Shown in pieces: positions 37,031-50,148 of a stretch of DNA of 64,000 nucleotides. Source of the stretch: Mobula hypostoma (lineage: Eukaryota); contig NC_086097.1 of assembly GCF_963921235.1 (NCBI RefSeq), positions 167,154,001 to 167,218,000 of the forward strand, written 5' to 3'. The notes under the pieces were generated by a model. The model saw nothing but the letters and a program-made list of their open reading frames with translations. It was not told the origin of the DNA and did no database searches. The position numbers and the translations under genes are program-made. Every line of letters begins with the position of its first letter. Position 1 is the stretch's first letter.

Positions 37031-38545
37031 CATCTACAGTATTGTGTCTACACTCAACAGCATCTACAGTATCGTGTCTACACATTACAACATCTACAGT
37101 GTCGCGTCTACACATTACAGCATCTACAGTATTGCATCCACACTCTGCAACATCTACAGTATCGCGTCCACACTCTGCAGCATCTACAGTATCGCGTCCA
37201 CACTCTACAGCATCTACAGTATCGCGTCCACACTCTACAGCATCTACAGTATCGCGTCCACACTCTACAGCATCTACAGTATCGCGTCCGCACTCTGCAA
37301 CATCTACAGTATCGTGTCCACACTCTGCAACATCGAGTATCGCGTCCACACTCTGCAACATCTACAGTATCGCGTCCACACTCTGCAGCACCTACAGTAT
37401 CGCGTCCACACTCTGCAACATCGAGTATCGCGTCCACACTCTGCAACATCTACAGTATCGCGTCCACACTCTGCAACATCTACAGTATCGCGTCCACACT
37501 CTGCAACATCTACAGTATCGTGTCCACACTCTACAGCATCTACAGTATCGCGTCCACACTCTGCAGCATCTACAGTATCGTGTCCACACTCTGCAGCATC
37601 TACAGTATCGCGTCCACACTCTGCAACATCTACAGTATCGCGTCCACACTCTGCAACATCTACAGTATCGCGTCCACACTCTACAGCATCTACAGTATCG
37701 CGTCCACACTCTGCAACATCGAGTATCGCGTCCACACTCTGCAACATCTACAGTATCGCGTCCACACTCTGCAACATCTACAGTATCGCGTCCACACTCT
37801 ACAGCATCTACAGTATCATATCCACACTCTGCAACATCTACAGTATCGCGTCCACACTCTGCAACATCTACAGTATCGCGTCCACACTCTGCAACATCGA
37901 GTATCGCGACCACACTCTGCAACATCTACAGTATCGTGTCCACACTCTGCAACATCTACAGTATCGCGTCCACACTCTACAGCATCTACAGTATCATATC
38001 CACACTCTGCAACATCGAGTATCGCGTCCACACTCTGCAACATCTACAGTATCGCGTCCACACTCTGCAGCATCTACAGTATCGCGTCCACACTCTACAA
38101 CATCGAGTATCGCGTCCACACTCTGCAACATCTACAGTATCGCGTCCACACTCTGCAGCATCTACAGTATCGCGTCCACACTCTACAACATCTACAGTAT
38201 CGCGTCCACACTCTACAACATCGAGTATCGCGTCCACACTCTGCAACATCTACAGTATCGCGTCCACACTCTGCAGCATCTACAGTATCGCGTCCACACT
38301 CTACAACATCTACAGTATCGCGTCCACACTCTACAACATCGAGTATCGCGTCCACACTCTGCAACATCTACAGTATCGCGTCCACACTCTGCAGCATCTA
38401 CAGTATCGCGTCCACACTCTACAACATCTACAGTATCGCATCCACAGTATCGCGTCTACACTTTACAGCATCTACAGTATCGTGTCTCTCTACAGCATCT
38501 ACAGTATCGCATCTACACATTACAGCATCTACACTATCGTGTCTG
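37031..38545. repeat. 30-bp minisatellite CATCTACAGTATCGCGTCCACACTCT(G/A)CA(A/G), ~50 units, with a 28-bp variant
   Basis: Directly visible tandem array. The 28-bp variant CATCGAGTATCGCGTCC... starts at 37331, 37419, 37717, 37895, 38013, 38101, 38219 and 38337. Confidence 0.97.
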
Positions 38546-38889
38546 CACACAATCTTCACACTTTACTCGCAGTAAGTTCCCCCACATTTCATAGAGTGCG
38601 GTAGTTCCACTTCCAACCTCGCACCGCGCGCCCCCCCCCCCAATCCCCGCAAGCAACTGCTACTTTTGGCTGTGCAAAATAAATCCACCATTTTTCCCAT
38701 TTGTCAGTCTCTCCCTCCCCCTCCAATCCTGTTCAGTATTTTCCACTTTCCCTGTCATCTAACCTCTCATCTTTCTCATTTCCAATCGTCTCACTTCATT
38801 TCCCCAAATAACACGTACACCAAATTCATGAAAGAAGTTATGTATTGAAGTTATCTTTGTATTGTTGGTTTCTAATTATGATTATGATT

Positions 38890-39360
38890 TGGTATGCCAC
38901 CAAAGACTGTTGCAAATGTCTATAGATACGCGGCGGAGAGCATTCTGACTGATTGCATCACCATCTGGTGTGGCGGCCCCAATACACAGGATCACAAGAG
39001 GCTGCAGAGAGTTGCAAACTCAGCCAGGTTCATCTTGGGCACAAGCCTCCCTACCGTCAAGGACATCTTCAAGAGGCAGCACGTCAAGAAGGCAGCATCC
39101 ATCCTCAAAGTCCCTCACCATCTGGGAAATGCCCTCTCTTCATTACTATCAGCGTGGAGGTACAGAAGCCTGAAGACCCACACTCAGTGTTTTAAAACAG
39201 CTTCTAACCCCATGTCATGAATGTTCTGAATGGCCCATGAAGCCACGAACACTACCTCATTTTTCATCTCTTGCACTATTCATAATTTTTATGTCTTTCA
39301 CTGTACAGCTGCAGTAAAACAAATTTCATATGTCAGTGATAATAAACCTGATTCTGATTC
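38890..39360 (+). mobile_element. Rex1/Babar 3' fragment
   Basis: ORF 38894..39220 (YRYAAESILTDCITIW, RLQRV, KKAASILK.PHH, RYRSLKTHT). Tail aataaacctgattctgattc. Confidence 0.8.
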
Positions 39361-41139
39361 TATTCACCTTATTCATGAACACAAGCAAGTGTGTGCCGAC
39401 GATGTTAAAGTTACTTTGTAATGCCTACATGCAAGTTTTCTTTTACTGATTCATAGCTCATGGACGTTATTAGCATGCTAAACTACCCCTGAACTGCATG
39501 CATTAGTCAAACTGCATGGAGACTGCATGTGTTAGTCATACTGCACGGAGACTTGCCCTTCAACCCAACCTTCAGCCACACATTTACACTAATCCAATTC
39601 TAATTTCATTTCTTCATTCTCCCCACATTCTCATCTATTACACTCCCTCCCCCAATTACAGTGGACAACTTATCTACCAACCTGTGTGTATTTGGAATGT
39701 GGGTGGAAACTGGAACACCCCAAGGAAATCTTTGCGGTCAGAGAGAGAAGTGCAAACTCCACGCAGACAGCACTTAAGATCAATATTGAACCCAGGCTGT
39801 GTCTGCTGTCAGGCATTCACTCCATTAGTATTTAAATTCTCTTTTGAAATGTTAGCAATCGCATTATTGGCAACTTGGAATCATATACAAGACACATCCA
39901 GCCCGCACACAGCCAGACTCAGTACCCACACAGGCCCTGTTTTCGGAATTACAACTGTGCTTGCAGGCCACTGCATGAGTCTGACAGCCTTCATTAATAT
40001 GTCTCATACAAGGATGAGCAGGAAGCATGATCACCATGCATTAAGTGTCTGACCACATTTCAGAATTGCTTTTCTGACATAATTCTTTTGCACACATAAA
40101 TGCTGCACTAAATGATAGAATTGAGGCCAATACATGCCAGCTATCAAATTTCCTAAATTTCTTTTCGTGTTTATAAGTGCAAAAAGTTTCTACGACAACT
40201 AATGATGCTTTGCTTCACAGATTATTAACAAAATGATGAGAAATTAATAAAATGTATATTGCAAAGAATTCAGTACAATATTTTGCAAGTAATATTTTCC
40301 ACTCCAGTAAGCCAGCATATTCCCAACAATTGCTCCAATTAGCACCAGTGAATAAAACAAATAAACTGAGTTTGGATTCCCAGAGCCAGCTGCTGTAATG
40401 AATGACACACAAAACAGCTGGATAGAGATATGTGGAAAACTGGTATTGATACTGATCATGGGACACTACACTAGGGGGAAAAGATCCTGAAAACACCTAG
40501 AAAGAAACCATTAATGTACGGGCCACTCCTGAATGAGCTTAAGAGTCAATGACAAAGATCAATTGTCTCTGTTTACACAGCAACACAAAACAATAGTTTC
40601 ATCATGAGTTGGAGACTTTGCCCCTCTAAATGTCCCTCTGCCAGACTTTCTTTCCAATGTCCCAATCTAATTTTTGTGCCTCTTAGCATGATTCAATTGT
40701 TTCTTAGTTAAACCCCTTTGTAGCAAGTGTATTTCAGTCAAAACTTTTGTGCGCTGAACCAACCAGCCCAGTTCTATTGATGCATTTGGGAGACTCAATC
40801 ATTTTATTTAGCTTTTAATGTCCTATTCTGCTGTTTCTTTTAGAACTGAGTATTCTATTTTTAACCAGGGGGGCTGATGAGGTTATTGCTGGCATGGGTA
40901 AATGGTTGTTACTGAACAAGTGATCCACACCCTTAACAATCTGGAGAAGCGAGCTCAAACCCTATCACACAACATTAAGAATTGAAATTCATTTCATTAA
41001 GAAACTCCTCTTAGTAATACTAAAAGTAAAATTGCTGCAATATTACACAAGTTCAACTACTTCATAAAATCTGCTATCCTTATCCCAAATGGCGCGTACG
41101 TGAATCCAGCTCAAGATCCACAATTCGCGACTGAGAGTA

Positions 41140-41790
41140 ACAACACACACAATTTGATAGCATGGCGAAGGTGGCATACAGCATGCGTGCCTTCATCAAT
41201 CAGGGTGTGGAGATTAAAAGTTGCAAGGTCATGTAGTTAATCCACACTTGGAGTCAAGTGTACAGTTCTTATCGCTACATTACAGAGAGGATGTGGAGGC
41301 TTTCAAAATAATGCCGGAGGTTCACCAAGATGTTGCCCAGATTGCGGAATATTACCTAGGAGGTTTGACAAGTTTTGATCATTTTCACTGGAGCACTGGA
41401 GATTGACAAGTAACCTGATAGAAGACATATAGAAGAGGTTGGACAAACTTTGAATGTTTGGGACAGAGATAGGATAGATAGTCAGTCTTTTTCCTCAGGA
41501 TAGAAATGTCAAATGCTAGAGAGTGCAACTTTCAGATGAGAGAAGGAAAGTTTCAAAAAGATTAATATGGTAAGTTTTCTTTGCACAGTAAGTGTTGGGT
41601 ATCTGGAATGTGATACCAGGGGAAGTGAAGGAAGCAGATATGACTGCAACATTTTAAGGGCATTTAAGACAGACACCTGACCAGACACGGAAGTAAGGGA
41701 TATAAACTACATACAGCAAATGTGTCATTTATATTGGCATCATGGTCAGCCAATGGACTCACTCCTATGCTGCACTCTTCTGTATTTTCT
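41140..41790 (+). mobile_element. Decayed CR1 3' fragment
   Basis: PHLESSVQFLSLHYREDV corresponds to the PHLEYCVQFWSP motif, followed by a CR1-like 3' UTR. Confidence 0.7.
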
Positions 41791-43499
41791 ATGAGAAGGC
41801 TCAACAAGTTACTTAGTTCAAGGCTAATTTAAGGATGGGAATTAAATGTTGACTTTGTTGGCAATACCTGCATAAAAATAAAACTATTTCAAAGGCTATT
41901 GAGATCAACAGTGTAAAGAACTGTGGAATGCAACCTGAACAAATGAGTTAGGCCAAGCCTAAACCATTACTTAAAACACTCATGACTAATCTGAGGTAAC
42001 CTCACCTCAAAGTGCCCATCTACCCACAGTAACCTTTCACCCCTTGTTTCTCAAGTTTGTCTTAATTTTTAAAGAAAAAAAAGACTATTCTCACTCTCCT
42101 TTGAAGTGATTACAAAACTAGGCTCTTAAACTTTATGACAGAGTTGCGTTTTACATCTGCTCTGTCATAAATAGGCAAATTATTTTCTAGGTTCTCCCAT
42201 GGGCAAATAGCTCCCCACATCACTAACACTGCACTGCACTAGGGCTTGGAAGAAATTAGAATGAAAATCTATTCATAAGTAAAACAACACAGCACCACAG
42301 TAGAGTAGTGGTTAGTTGTCAAGCCAAGCAGCATCTGTGAAGGCAGAGGCTGAGTTCCTCTTTCAGGCTGATGACCATTTATCTGATGGGCAGCTCCAAC
42401 ATTGTTTATATTCCAATTTGGAGAGGTTTCTGTTTCAACTCATTAATAGTTGTTCTTGCTAATGCTGTCAAACCACTGTTCACTAGTGTTATTAAATTCT
42501 GCTATTCCCATTATGAAAAAAAATTACAATAATTCAAATGTACAGGGGAAAAAAGCAAATAAAATTCTCTCTAATATAAAATAAGGCATTTTGTAAATTA
42601 TTCCTTTGAAAAGGCAAATAAGACATTTTTACTCTAATCATTTAAATAATTCACCATGAAATCCATTTTCAGAAACACATTGAAAAAATATGGATAATGA
42701 TTTCCCTAATTTGACTGCAGTTAAGAGGACAACTTTCATTAATATTGCACTTTATCACCTTTCTTGGAAATGTGTCAAAGCACACTTCAAGTGCAATAAA
42801 ATAAGCTGCCTGTTGTTAAGCAGTTTTGGAAAAACAAAATCCAAATAATGTCTGAAATCCAGAACAAGACACAGATGTCTGAAATAAAGGGAATGCTTAG
42901 CAATTAGTGTGACATTTTGGCTCACTTTCTACAATGCTGAACCATTTCAGGTGGTCAGCATAATCTCTAGTGTGTTTCAATGGTTCAAATTGATAAAAGG
43001 TGTATCGTTCTGATTTTCTACAATTAAATTGGATCCACAGTAATCCACTCATCACTTGTTTGGCAGTGGCAACTCAATAAGCTAGTTTTTGAAAGTAGTA
43101 AAATTAAATGCAAACATTGGCCTGGCCATGTAGGAAGCAGATCAAATCTAGTAATATGTTTGTATGTCTGTTAATTCTGTCACAGGCAGACAAATATTGG
43201 ACCTTTTGTCCATCCATATGTCTTTATCTTTTCCAGATTAAAAAACCTCTGAGCAACCAACCCCTTAGCACCCAAGATATGACCCTCCAATAGGTGAGGA
43301 GACCTCAGCTGCTGTTCCCCTGAATATCTGGCCCCAAAATGCTCTTGAGAAATGGCAGTAATATAAGCAAACAAGAGAGGCAACATGGTTAGCACTGCTG
43401 CTTCACATCTTTAGGCTCAATCCTGACCTCAGGTGCTAGGTGAAGTTGGTGACAGTCTTCTAGTAATAATCCAGGATTTCTAAAACAACCAGCCTTTAG

Positions 43500-44320
43500 G
43501 AAGCATTCTGACTGGTTGCATCACCACCTGGTATGGAGCCTCCAAAGAACAGGATTGCAAAAAGCTGCACCCTCACCACCATCAAGGACATTGTCAAGAG
43601 GCGATGCCTAAAAAAGAAGAAAAAGGACGTCGTGGCTATCCCTCGAGGTCGAGGATGATGGTCTTCGTTCTGTTGATCTACTTATGGGCTCTCAAGTGGC
43701 TTATGAGTCCAATCTTGTCTTTGAAAGTTCTTCCGCATTCAGGACAGGTAGTTCCAGATGGCAGATTGAGCTTTGGTTGTTGCTGCCTCTCTTTCCATTT
43801 TCTTCTCTTTTCTTCTAATTCTACACATTTGTTGGCTTCGAAAGTTGCTGTTCCTTCTCGGATGATGGCTCGCCAGAGTTTCCTGTCCTTGGCATTAGTT
43901 TCCCAATTGTTGACGTTGATGTTACATTTCTTCATGTTGGCTTTTAAGACGTCTTTGAATCTCTTCTTTTGACCACCTCTTTTATGTTTGCCTTCTTTAA
44001 GCTGGGAGTAGAAGATTTGTTTCAGCAAAAGGCAGTATCCACTATGAAGGACCCTCATCATCTGGAACATGCCCTCTTCTCATTACTACAATCAGGAATG
44101 AGGTACAGAATCCTGAAGATACACAGTCAACAATTCAGAAAAAGCTTCTTCCCTATGCCATCAGTTTTCTGAACAGTCCATGAATACTACGTTGTTGCTC
44201 CTTTTATTTGCACTATTTATTTATGTTATAATTGATAGCAATTTTATATCTTTGCAATGCTCTATGTAGAACAACATATTTCATGTCACATAATACAATG
44301 ATAATAAATCAGATTCTGAC
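43500..44320 (+). mobile_element. Rex1/Babar 3' fragment interrupted by an RTE
   Basis: agcattctgactggttgcatcacc...caagaggcgatgcct resumes after the insert as aaaaggcagtatccactatgaaggaccctc. Tail aataaatcagattctgac. Confidence 0.75.
43615..44026 (-). mobile_element. RTE-clade LINE 3' end (second RTE family) with C2H2 finger
   Basis: LKQIFYSQLKEGKHKRGGQKKRFKDVLK...WET.AKDRKLWR...CPECGRTFKDKIGLISHLRAH, followed by the 3' hairpin cctcgacctcgagg. Confidence 0.88.
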
Positions 44321-45022
44321 TCCTTTTCAATCTGTTCCCTATAGCTGATTCCCAACCACGGATAAAAAGACTATGTGCATTGACTACAACTTTCCCCCTC
44401 ATGACCTTATAAACCCTGTAAGATAGGAGCTAACCTCTATATGTACAACTGCAACATAAACCACACATACAAATACTACAAGCCTGCTTCAAGGTCAAAT
44501 GAATTCTTGACAATTGAAAAAAAAATGCCAAGAAAGATTAAAGGTTCATTTTTGTTTGCTTAAATATGAAGCAAATAATCTTACATTTTGGACAACCAAG
44601 TGCTTTATACACCACAATTTAAATTATATAAATCTATCTGGGTTCATTTTACTTGATAGTAACAGCCTTTTTTTCCTTTGTGTTGCCTGGTGGATTACTT
44701 GAGAAAGGATGGAGAGAGAAACCTGGAACCACAGACGGATTAGCCTGACATCTGTAAGAGGGAAAATGCTTAAAACTATTATGCAGCTGGGCACTTGTAA
44801 AGTCTTAGTATGATTGCACAATATCAATATGTATTTATGAAAATTGTTTCTGACAAATCCATTAGTTTCTTGAGGATGAATCTGGCAGGGCAGATAGGAA
44901 GGAACTAGTGGATGTTTTATGTGTTCAATAAGATATGATACATGAGGTTATCACAGGGTTTTAATAAATTAACATAGACAAGCATTTGTTAGAGGGAAGA
45001 AATCTATCAAACCGATGAGCTG

Positions 45023-45523
45023 CTCTCAGTGGCTACTTTATTAGATATTTTCTGATCTTCAGCTGTTACAACATATCCACTCCAAGGTTTGATGAGTTTG
45101 GCATTCAGAAATGCTCTTCTGCACATCACTGTCACCTTCCTGTCAGCTTGAACCAGTCTGATCATTCTCCTCTCACCTCTCTCATTAGCAAGGCACTTTC
45201 ACCAACGGAACTACTGCTCACTGGATTTTTTTTTGTTTATTGCACCACTCTCTAAACTTTGCTGCACTTAAATATCCCAGGAGAACAGCAGTTTCTTAGA
45301 TACTCAAACCACACTGTCTGGCGCTACCAATCATTCCATGGTCATAGTCACTTAGATCACATTTCTTCCCCATTCTGATGTTTGTTCTGAACAACAACTG
45401 AACCTCTTGACCATGTCGGCATGCTTTTATGTATTAGGTCAACTGTTACAGACATGATTGACTTTTTAGATAAGTGTGTGCATTAACAAGGTGCACAGGT
45501 GTACCTAATAAAGTTACTGATTG
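45023..45523. mobile_element. Tc1-derived non-autonomous element
   Basis: Imperfect inverted termini ctctcagtggctactttattag ... ctaataaagttactgattg|TA. Internal sequence resembles the 5' region of a Tc1 on the minus strand. Confidence 0.6.
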
Positions 45524-48299
45524 TATGTAACTATAACTACTAGTGTCTCTCAAAAGTACATGGGCTTCACTGATTTACAATCTATAGCAATTACTTACAT
45601 AGGGAAACTGGTGTAGTATTTCCAAGTTTGCTGCTACTGCAGAAGTGGCAGTGGGAAATAAGACGAGGAGATGTGAACTGTTCGGTACATATTTATTTAA
45701 ATGGCTAGGATGGCATATCTTGGGAAATCTGACCATATTCTTTTGTTAGAAAAAGTAAAATAAAATATGTTTCAAAAGATGAAAAAGAATATATGCTGGC
45801 ATTGAAATGTATATCTGATCTTCATACATTAGGCAAAAAAAAAGCTTGCAATCAGAAAAGCAAAAGATAAAAAAAATTAAACTGGAAATTAAAACTGCAG
45901 ATGCTAGATATCTGAAATAAAAACAGAACATGTTGGAAACACTCAGCAGGTCAGGCAGCATCAGTGTAAGCAGAAACAGAGTTCACATTTCAGGTATTTC
46001 ATATCGTAAATAAACAGTTAAAATATTTATCCTTTATTTTAAAAGTAAGTCTCTTATCTTTTGCGAAACATCGTAGGCCAAAGGGCCAATACTGTGCCGT
46101 AGTATTCTTATCCATGGAAATCTTCAAAACTTTCAAGGTTCTTTGGCAGCTATCGACAGTGCATTACAATCCACAGAAAATAATATTAGGTTTCTCAGGG
46201 ACAAAGAGTTTGCTCAGCAGTACTTATGACTAAGCATGGTCTTTAAAATCAATTACAACTTACAAACATTTCATATTAGGGCTAGTTTTATTTTATGGAG
46301 AATAGTATGCAAAGCCCTAGTTTTATTTTGTCAAAACTTTGATTTCCCTTTATAGCATTGAGAAAGCTGTAAAACGAAGGAAATGCTATACAAAATTATT
46401 AAATGATTAACTGCAAATACAGGACTTCAATACCAGACTCTGCACGTCAGAATCAAGTTTATTATCACTGACTTATATGATGTTAAATTTGTTGTCTTGT
46501 GGCAGCAGTACAGTGCAAAGATACTATAAGTTACAAAATAAATATATAGTGCATAAAAAAGGAATATTGAAGTGGTGTTCCTGGACTGTTCAGAAATCTG
46601 GCAGTAAAGGGGGAAAAACTTGTGCAAATTTTCATTGCATCACTAAGGGGAAAAAAAATAATAATTTCATCTTCATTATAACATAAAAATTCATCCTGCA
46701 TAATCCTGAATCATTTTAACAGGGAATATGCTGGAAACGTACTTCCCTGGCAGGAGAGCCTGGAACAGTAGGTCAAAAATCTCAAAATAAGGCTGAAATA
46801 AGGAGATATATCTTCACTCAAAAAATGGCGGAGACTCCCCAATGACAGGAGCAGCAGTAGTTCATAAAATATGAACTCTCTTAGTCTCTGCTTAAAAAGT
46901 ATGGATTCTGTGGGAATCAGGGATATGAGATTGGAGAGGAAGCCAAGGCAAGGTAAAGGATTTTTCATGGAACTTCTTCTAAATTACATCACTAGATTTC
47001 TACACATTACTCACAGCTGTAGTGACTCACGTTCAATCCTGACCGTTGGTACTGTCTATGTGAAACTTGTATGCTCACCCTGGGCTTCCTTCAGGTGCTC
47101 TGGCTCCCACACAGATTCCAGGGACGTGCAGGGTAGCAGGCTAATTGGACACTGGAAATTTCCCCTAGACTGCAAACATCTTGTAGAATTTCAGAACAGT
47201 TGGAAGGGGGGAAATGTGGGAAGAATAAAACAGGTTTAGTGCAAGAATAGTGTAAATTAGTGTTTGACAGTTGGCCACGACTCGCTGTCACTGGGTTTGT
47301 GTCCTTGCCTTGTGACTCAGCAGAACATACTTTTGATGTATTAGTTCTACATTAGCATTAAGTATTTCTAAATCTGTGCAATGTTTGAACTTTGAATTAA
47401 AACTATCCTAAAATCTCAAAATATGCACCTTTTTGTACTATTAACTACTATCCCAATTCATCTGAAATTGTGCAATTTTGCCTTAAGTATGTAGTTTTCT
47501 TTTTTTTTAATCTCAACCAATAAACATTCATCTCAAACTATAACACTTAAAAAAAAATAAACTGATGGGAACAGATGAGATCATAGTATCCTCAGATTCT
47601 TTCTAAATTTATGCCCGTCTTAAAGTTGTATATTGTCTTTATCATTTGTTGTTGCAAGTCAGAATAGTTTAAACCTGAAATTGATTAAAATTTGCAATTT
47701 TTCCAGCAACTTCACCAAATGTTATAAATCATTGTTAAGATAAAAGATAATTTAAGTGCTGTGTCTGGAACAGATGGTCCTGGTAATAAAACTGCCAACA
47801 ACACAAGGGGAATTTCTCCCTCCTCATTGGAAAGTTCAGTAAAACTCTGATAATCCAGTACCCCTTGAGATTTTGGTGGTGTCGCTCTAAAAGCATTTCT
47901 GGAGTACTAAACGCTACTCCTGTTAGTTCATATTCCAGACCAATGAGTAAGCCATCAGAATTCCCAAACAACCAATTGTCACCTTAGGTCACACACCACC
48001 AGATTCAGGAACAGTTATTCCATTCAGCCATCAGGCTCCTGAACCAGTTTGGATAACTTCACTCACTCCAATATATTGAAATGATTCCACAAACTATGGA
48101 CTCATTTTCAAGGCCTCTACAACTCATGCTCAATACTTTTTTTGTATTTGCACAGTTTGTCTTCTTTTGCACATTGGCTCTTTGTCAATCTTTGTGTGGC
48201 TTTTAATTTATTCTACTGCATTTCTTTGTTCTACTATGAATGCCCACAAGAACATAAATCTCAGGGTAGTATATGGTGACATATACAGACTTTGACAAT

Positions 48300-50148
48300 G
48301 AAACGTGGTCAGGTGTCAGATCTCTCAGTGGGAGAGCATCTTAGAGATAGTGATCACAATTCTATCTCCGTTAACATTGTATTGGAGAGGGATAGAAACA
48401 GACAACTTAGGAAAGCGTTTAATTGGAGTAAGGGGAAATATGAAGCTATCAGGCAGGAACTTGGAAGCATAAATTGGGAACAGATGTTCTCAGGAAAACG
48501 TACAGAACAAATGTGGCAAATGTTCAGGGGATATTTGCATGATGTTCTGCATAGGTACATTCCAATGAGACAGGGAAAGGATGGTAGGGTACAGGAACTG
48601 TGAAGTACAAAGGCTGTTGTAAATCTAGTCAAGAAGAAAAGTAAAGCTTACGAAAGGTTCAAAAAACTAGGTAATGTTAGAGATCTAGAAGATTATAAGG
48701 CTAGCAGGAAGGAGCTTAAGAATGAAATTAGGAGAACCAGAAGGGGCCATGAGAAGGCCTTGGCGGACAGGATTAAGGAAAACCCCAACGCACTCTACAA
48801 GTATGTGAAGAGCAAGAGGATAGGACATGAGAGAATAGGACCAATCAAGTGTGACAGTGGAAAAGTGTGTATGGAATCGGAAGAGATAGCAGAAGTACTT
48901 AATGAATACTTGGTTTCACTATTCACTATGGAAAAGGACATTGGCGATTGTAGGGACGGACTGAAAAGCTTGAGCATGTAGATATTGAGGAAGAGGATGT
49001 GCTGGAGCTTTTGGAAAGCATCAAGTTGGATAAGTCACTGGGACCGGACGAGATGTACCACAGGCTACTGTGGGAGGCAAGGGAGGAGACTGCTGAGTCT
49101 CTGGTGATGATCTTTGCATCATCAATGGGGACAGGAGAGGTTCTGGAGGATTAGAGAGTTGCGGATGTTGTTCCCTTATTCAAGAAAGGGAGTAGAGATA
49201 GCCCAGCAAATTATAGACCAGTGAGTCTTACTTCAGTGGTTGGTAAGTTGATGGAGGAGATCCTAAGAGGCAGGTTTTATGAACATTTGGAGAGGCATAA
49301 TATGATTAGGAATAGTCAGCATGGCTTTGCGAAAGGGCAGGTTTTGCCTTACGAGCCTGATTGAATTTATTGAGAATGTGACTAAATACATTGATGAAGG
49401 TAGAGCAGTAGATGTAGTGTATATGGATTTCAGCAAGGCATTTGATAAAGTACCCCATGCAAGGCTTATTGAGAAAGTAAGGAGGCATGGGATCCAAGGG
49501 GAACTTGCTTTGTGGATCCAGAACTGGCTTGCCCACAGAAGGCAAAGAGTGGTTATAAATGGGTCATATTCTGCATGGAGGTTGGTCAGCAGTGGTGTGC
49601 CTCAGGGATCTGTTCTGGGACTCATACTCTTCGTGATTTTTATAAATGACCTGGATGAGGAAGTGGAGGGGTGGGTTAGTAAATTTGCTGATGACACAAA
49701 TGTTGGGGGTGTTGTGGATAGTGTGGAGGGCTGTCAGAGGTTACAGCGGGACATTGATAGGATGCAAAACTGGGCTGAGAAGTGGCAGATGGAGTTCAAC
49801 CCAGATAAGTGTGAAATGGTTCATTTTGGTAGGTCAAGTATGATGGTAAGACTCTTGGCAGTGTGGAGGATCAGAGGAATCTTGGGGACACTCAAGGCTG
49901 CTGTGCAGGTTGACTCTGTGGTTAAGAAGGCATACATTGGCCTTTATCAATCGTGAGATTGAGTTTAAGAGCTGAGAGGTAATGCTACAGCTATACAGGA
50001 CCCTGGTCAGACCCCACTTGGAGTACTGTGCTTAGTTCTGGTGAGTCTAGGTAATTTCTAAGGTAAGGATATGTTCAGCACAGCTTTGTGGGCCGAAGGG
50101 CTTGTATTGTGCTGTAGGTTTTCCATGTTTTTATGTTTCTATGTTTCT
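48300..50148 (+). mobile_element. CR1 LINE: end of the endonuclease domain through RT, with an internal 3' deletion
   Basis: SDHNSI, IKENP..LYKYVKSKR, YMDFSKAFDKVPH, SGVPQGSVLG, SKFADD and WQMEFNPDKC. (tatgtttc)n tail at ~50120-50148. Inserted in the tail of a Rex1 fragment (47985-48299). Confidence 0.92.

Noticed and set aside
37031..38545. CRISPR-like periodicity
   Set aside because: Units are head-to-tail with no unique spacers, there are no cas genes, and the context is vertebrate.
36964..38604. Long ORFs (546, 516, 351 aa) and Cys/Arg-rich antisense ORFs
   Set aside because: The 30-bp unit has no plus-strand stop in any frame, and the 28-bp variants rotate frames freely, so there is no sign of coding constraint.
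40244..40459. LIGAIVGNMLAYWSGK resembles a DedA/VTT membrane motif
   Set aside because: It is a short hydrophobic match in AT-rich DNA, with no convincing splice sites and no match to vertebrate family members that I recall.
43678..44070. 130-aa ORF with a C2H2 zinc finger as a host ZNF gene
   Set aside because: It is a chimera of antisense Rex1 sequence and the standard RTE ORF C-terminus.
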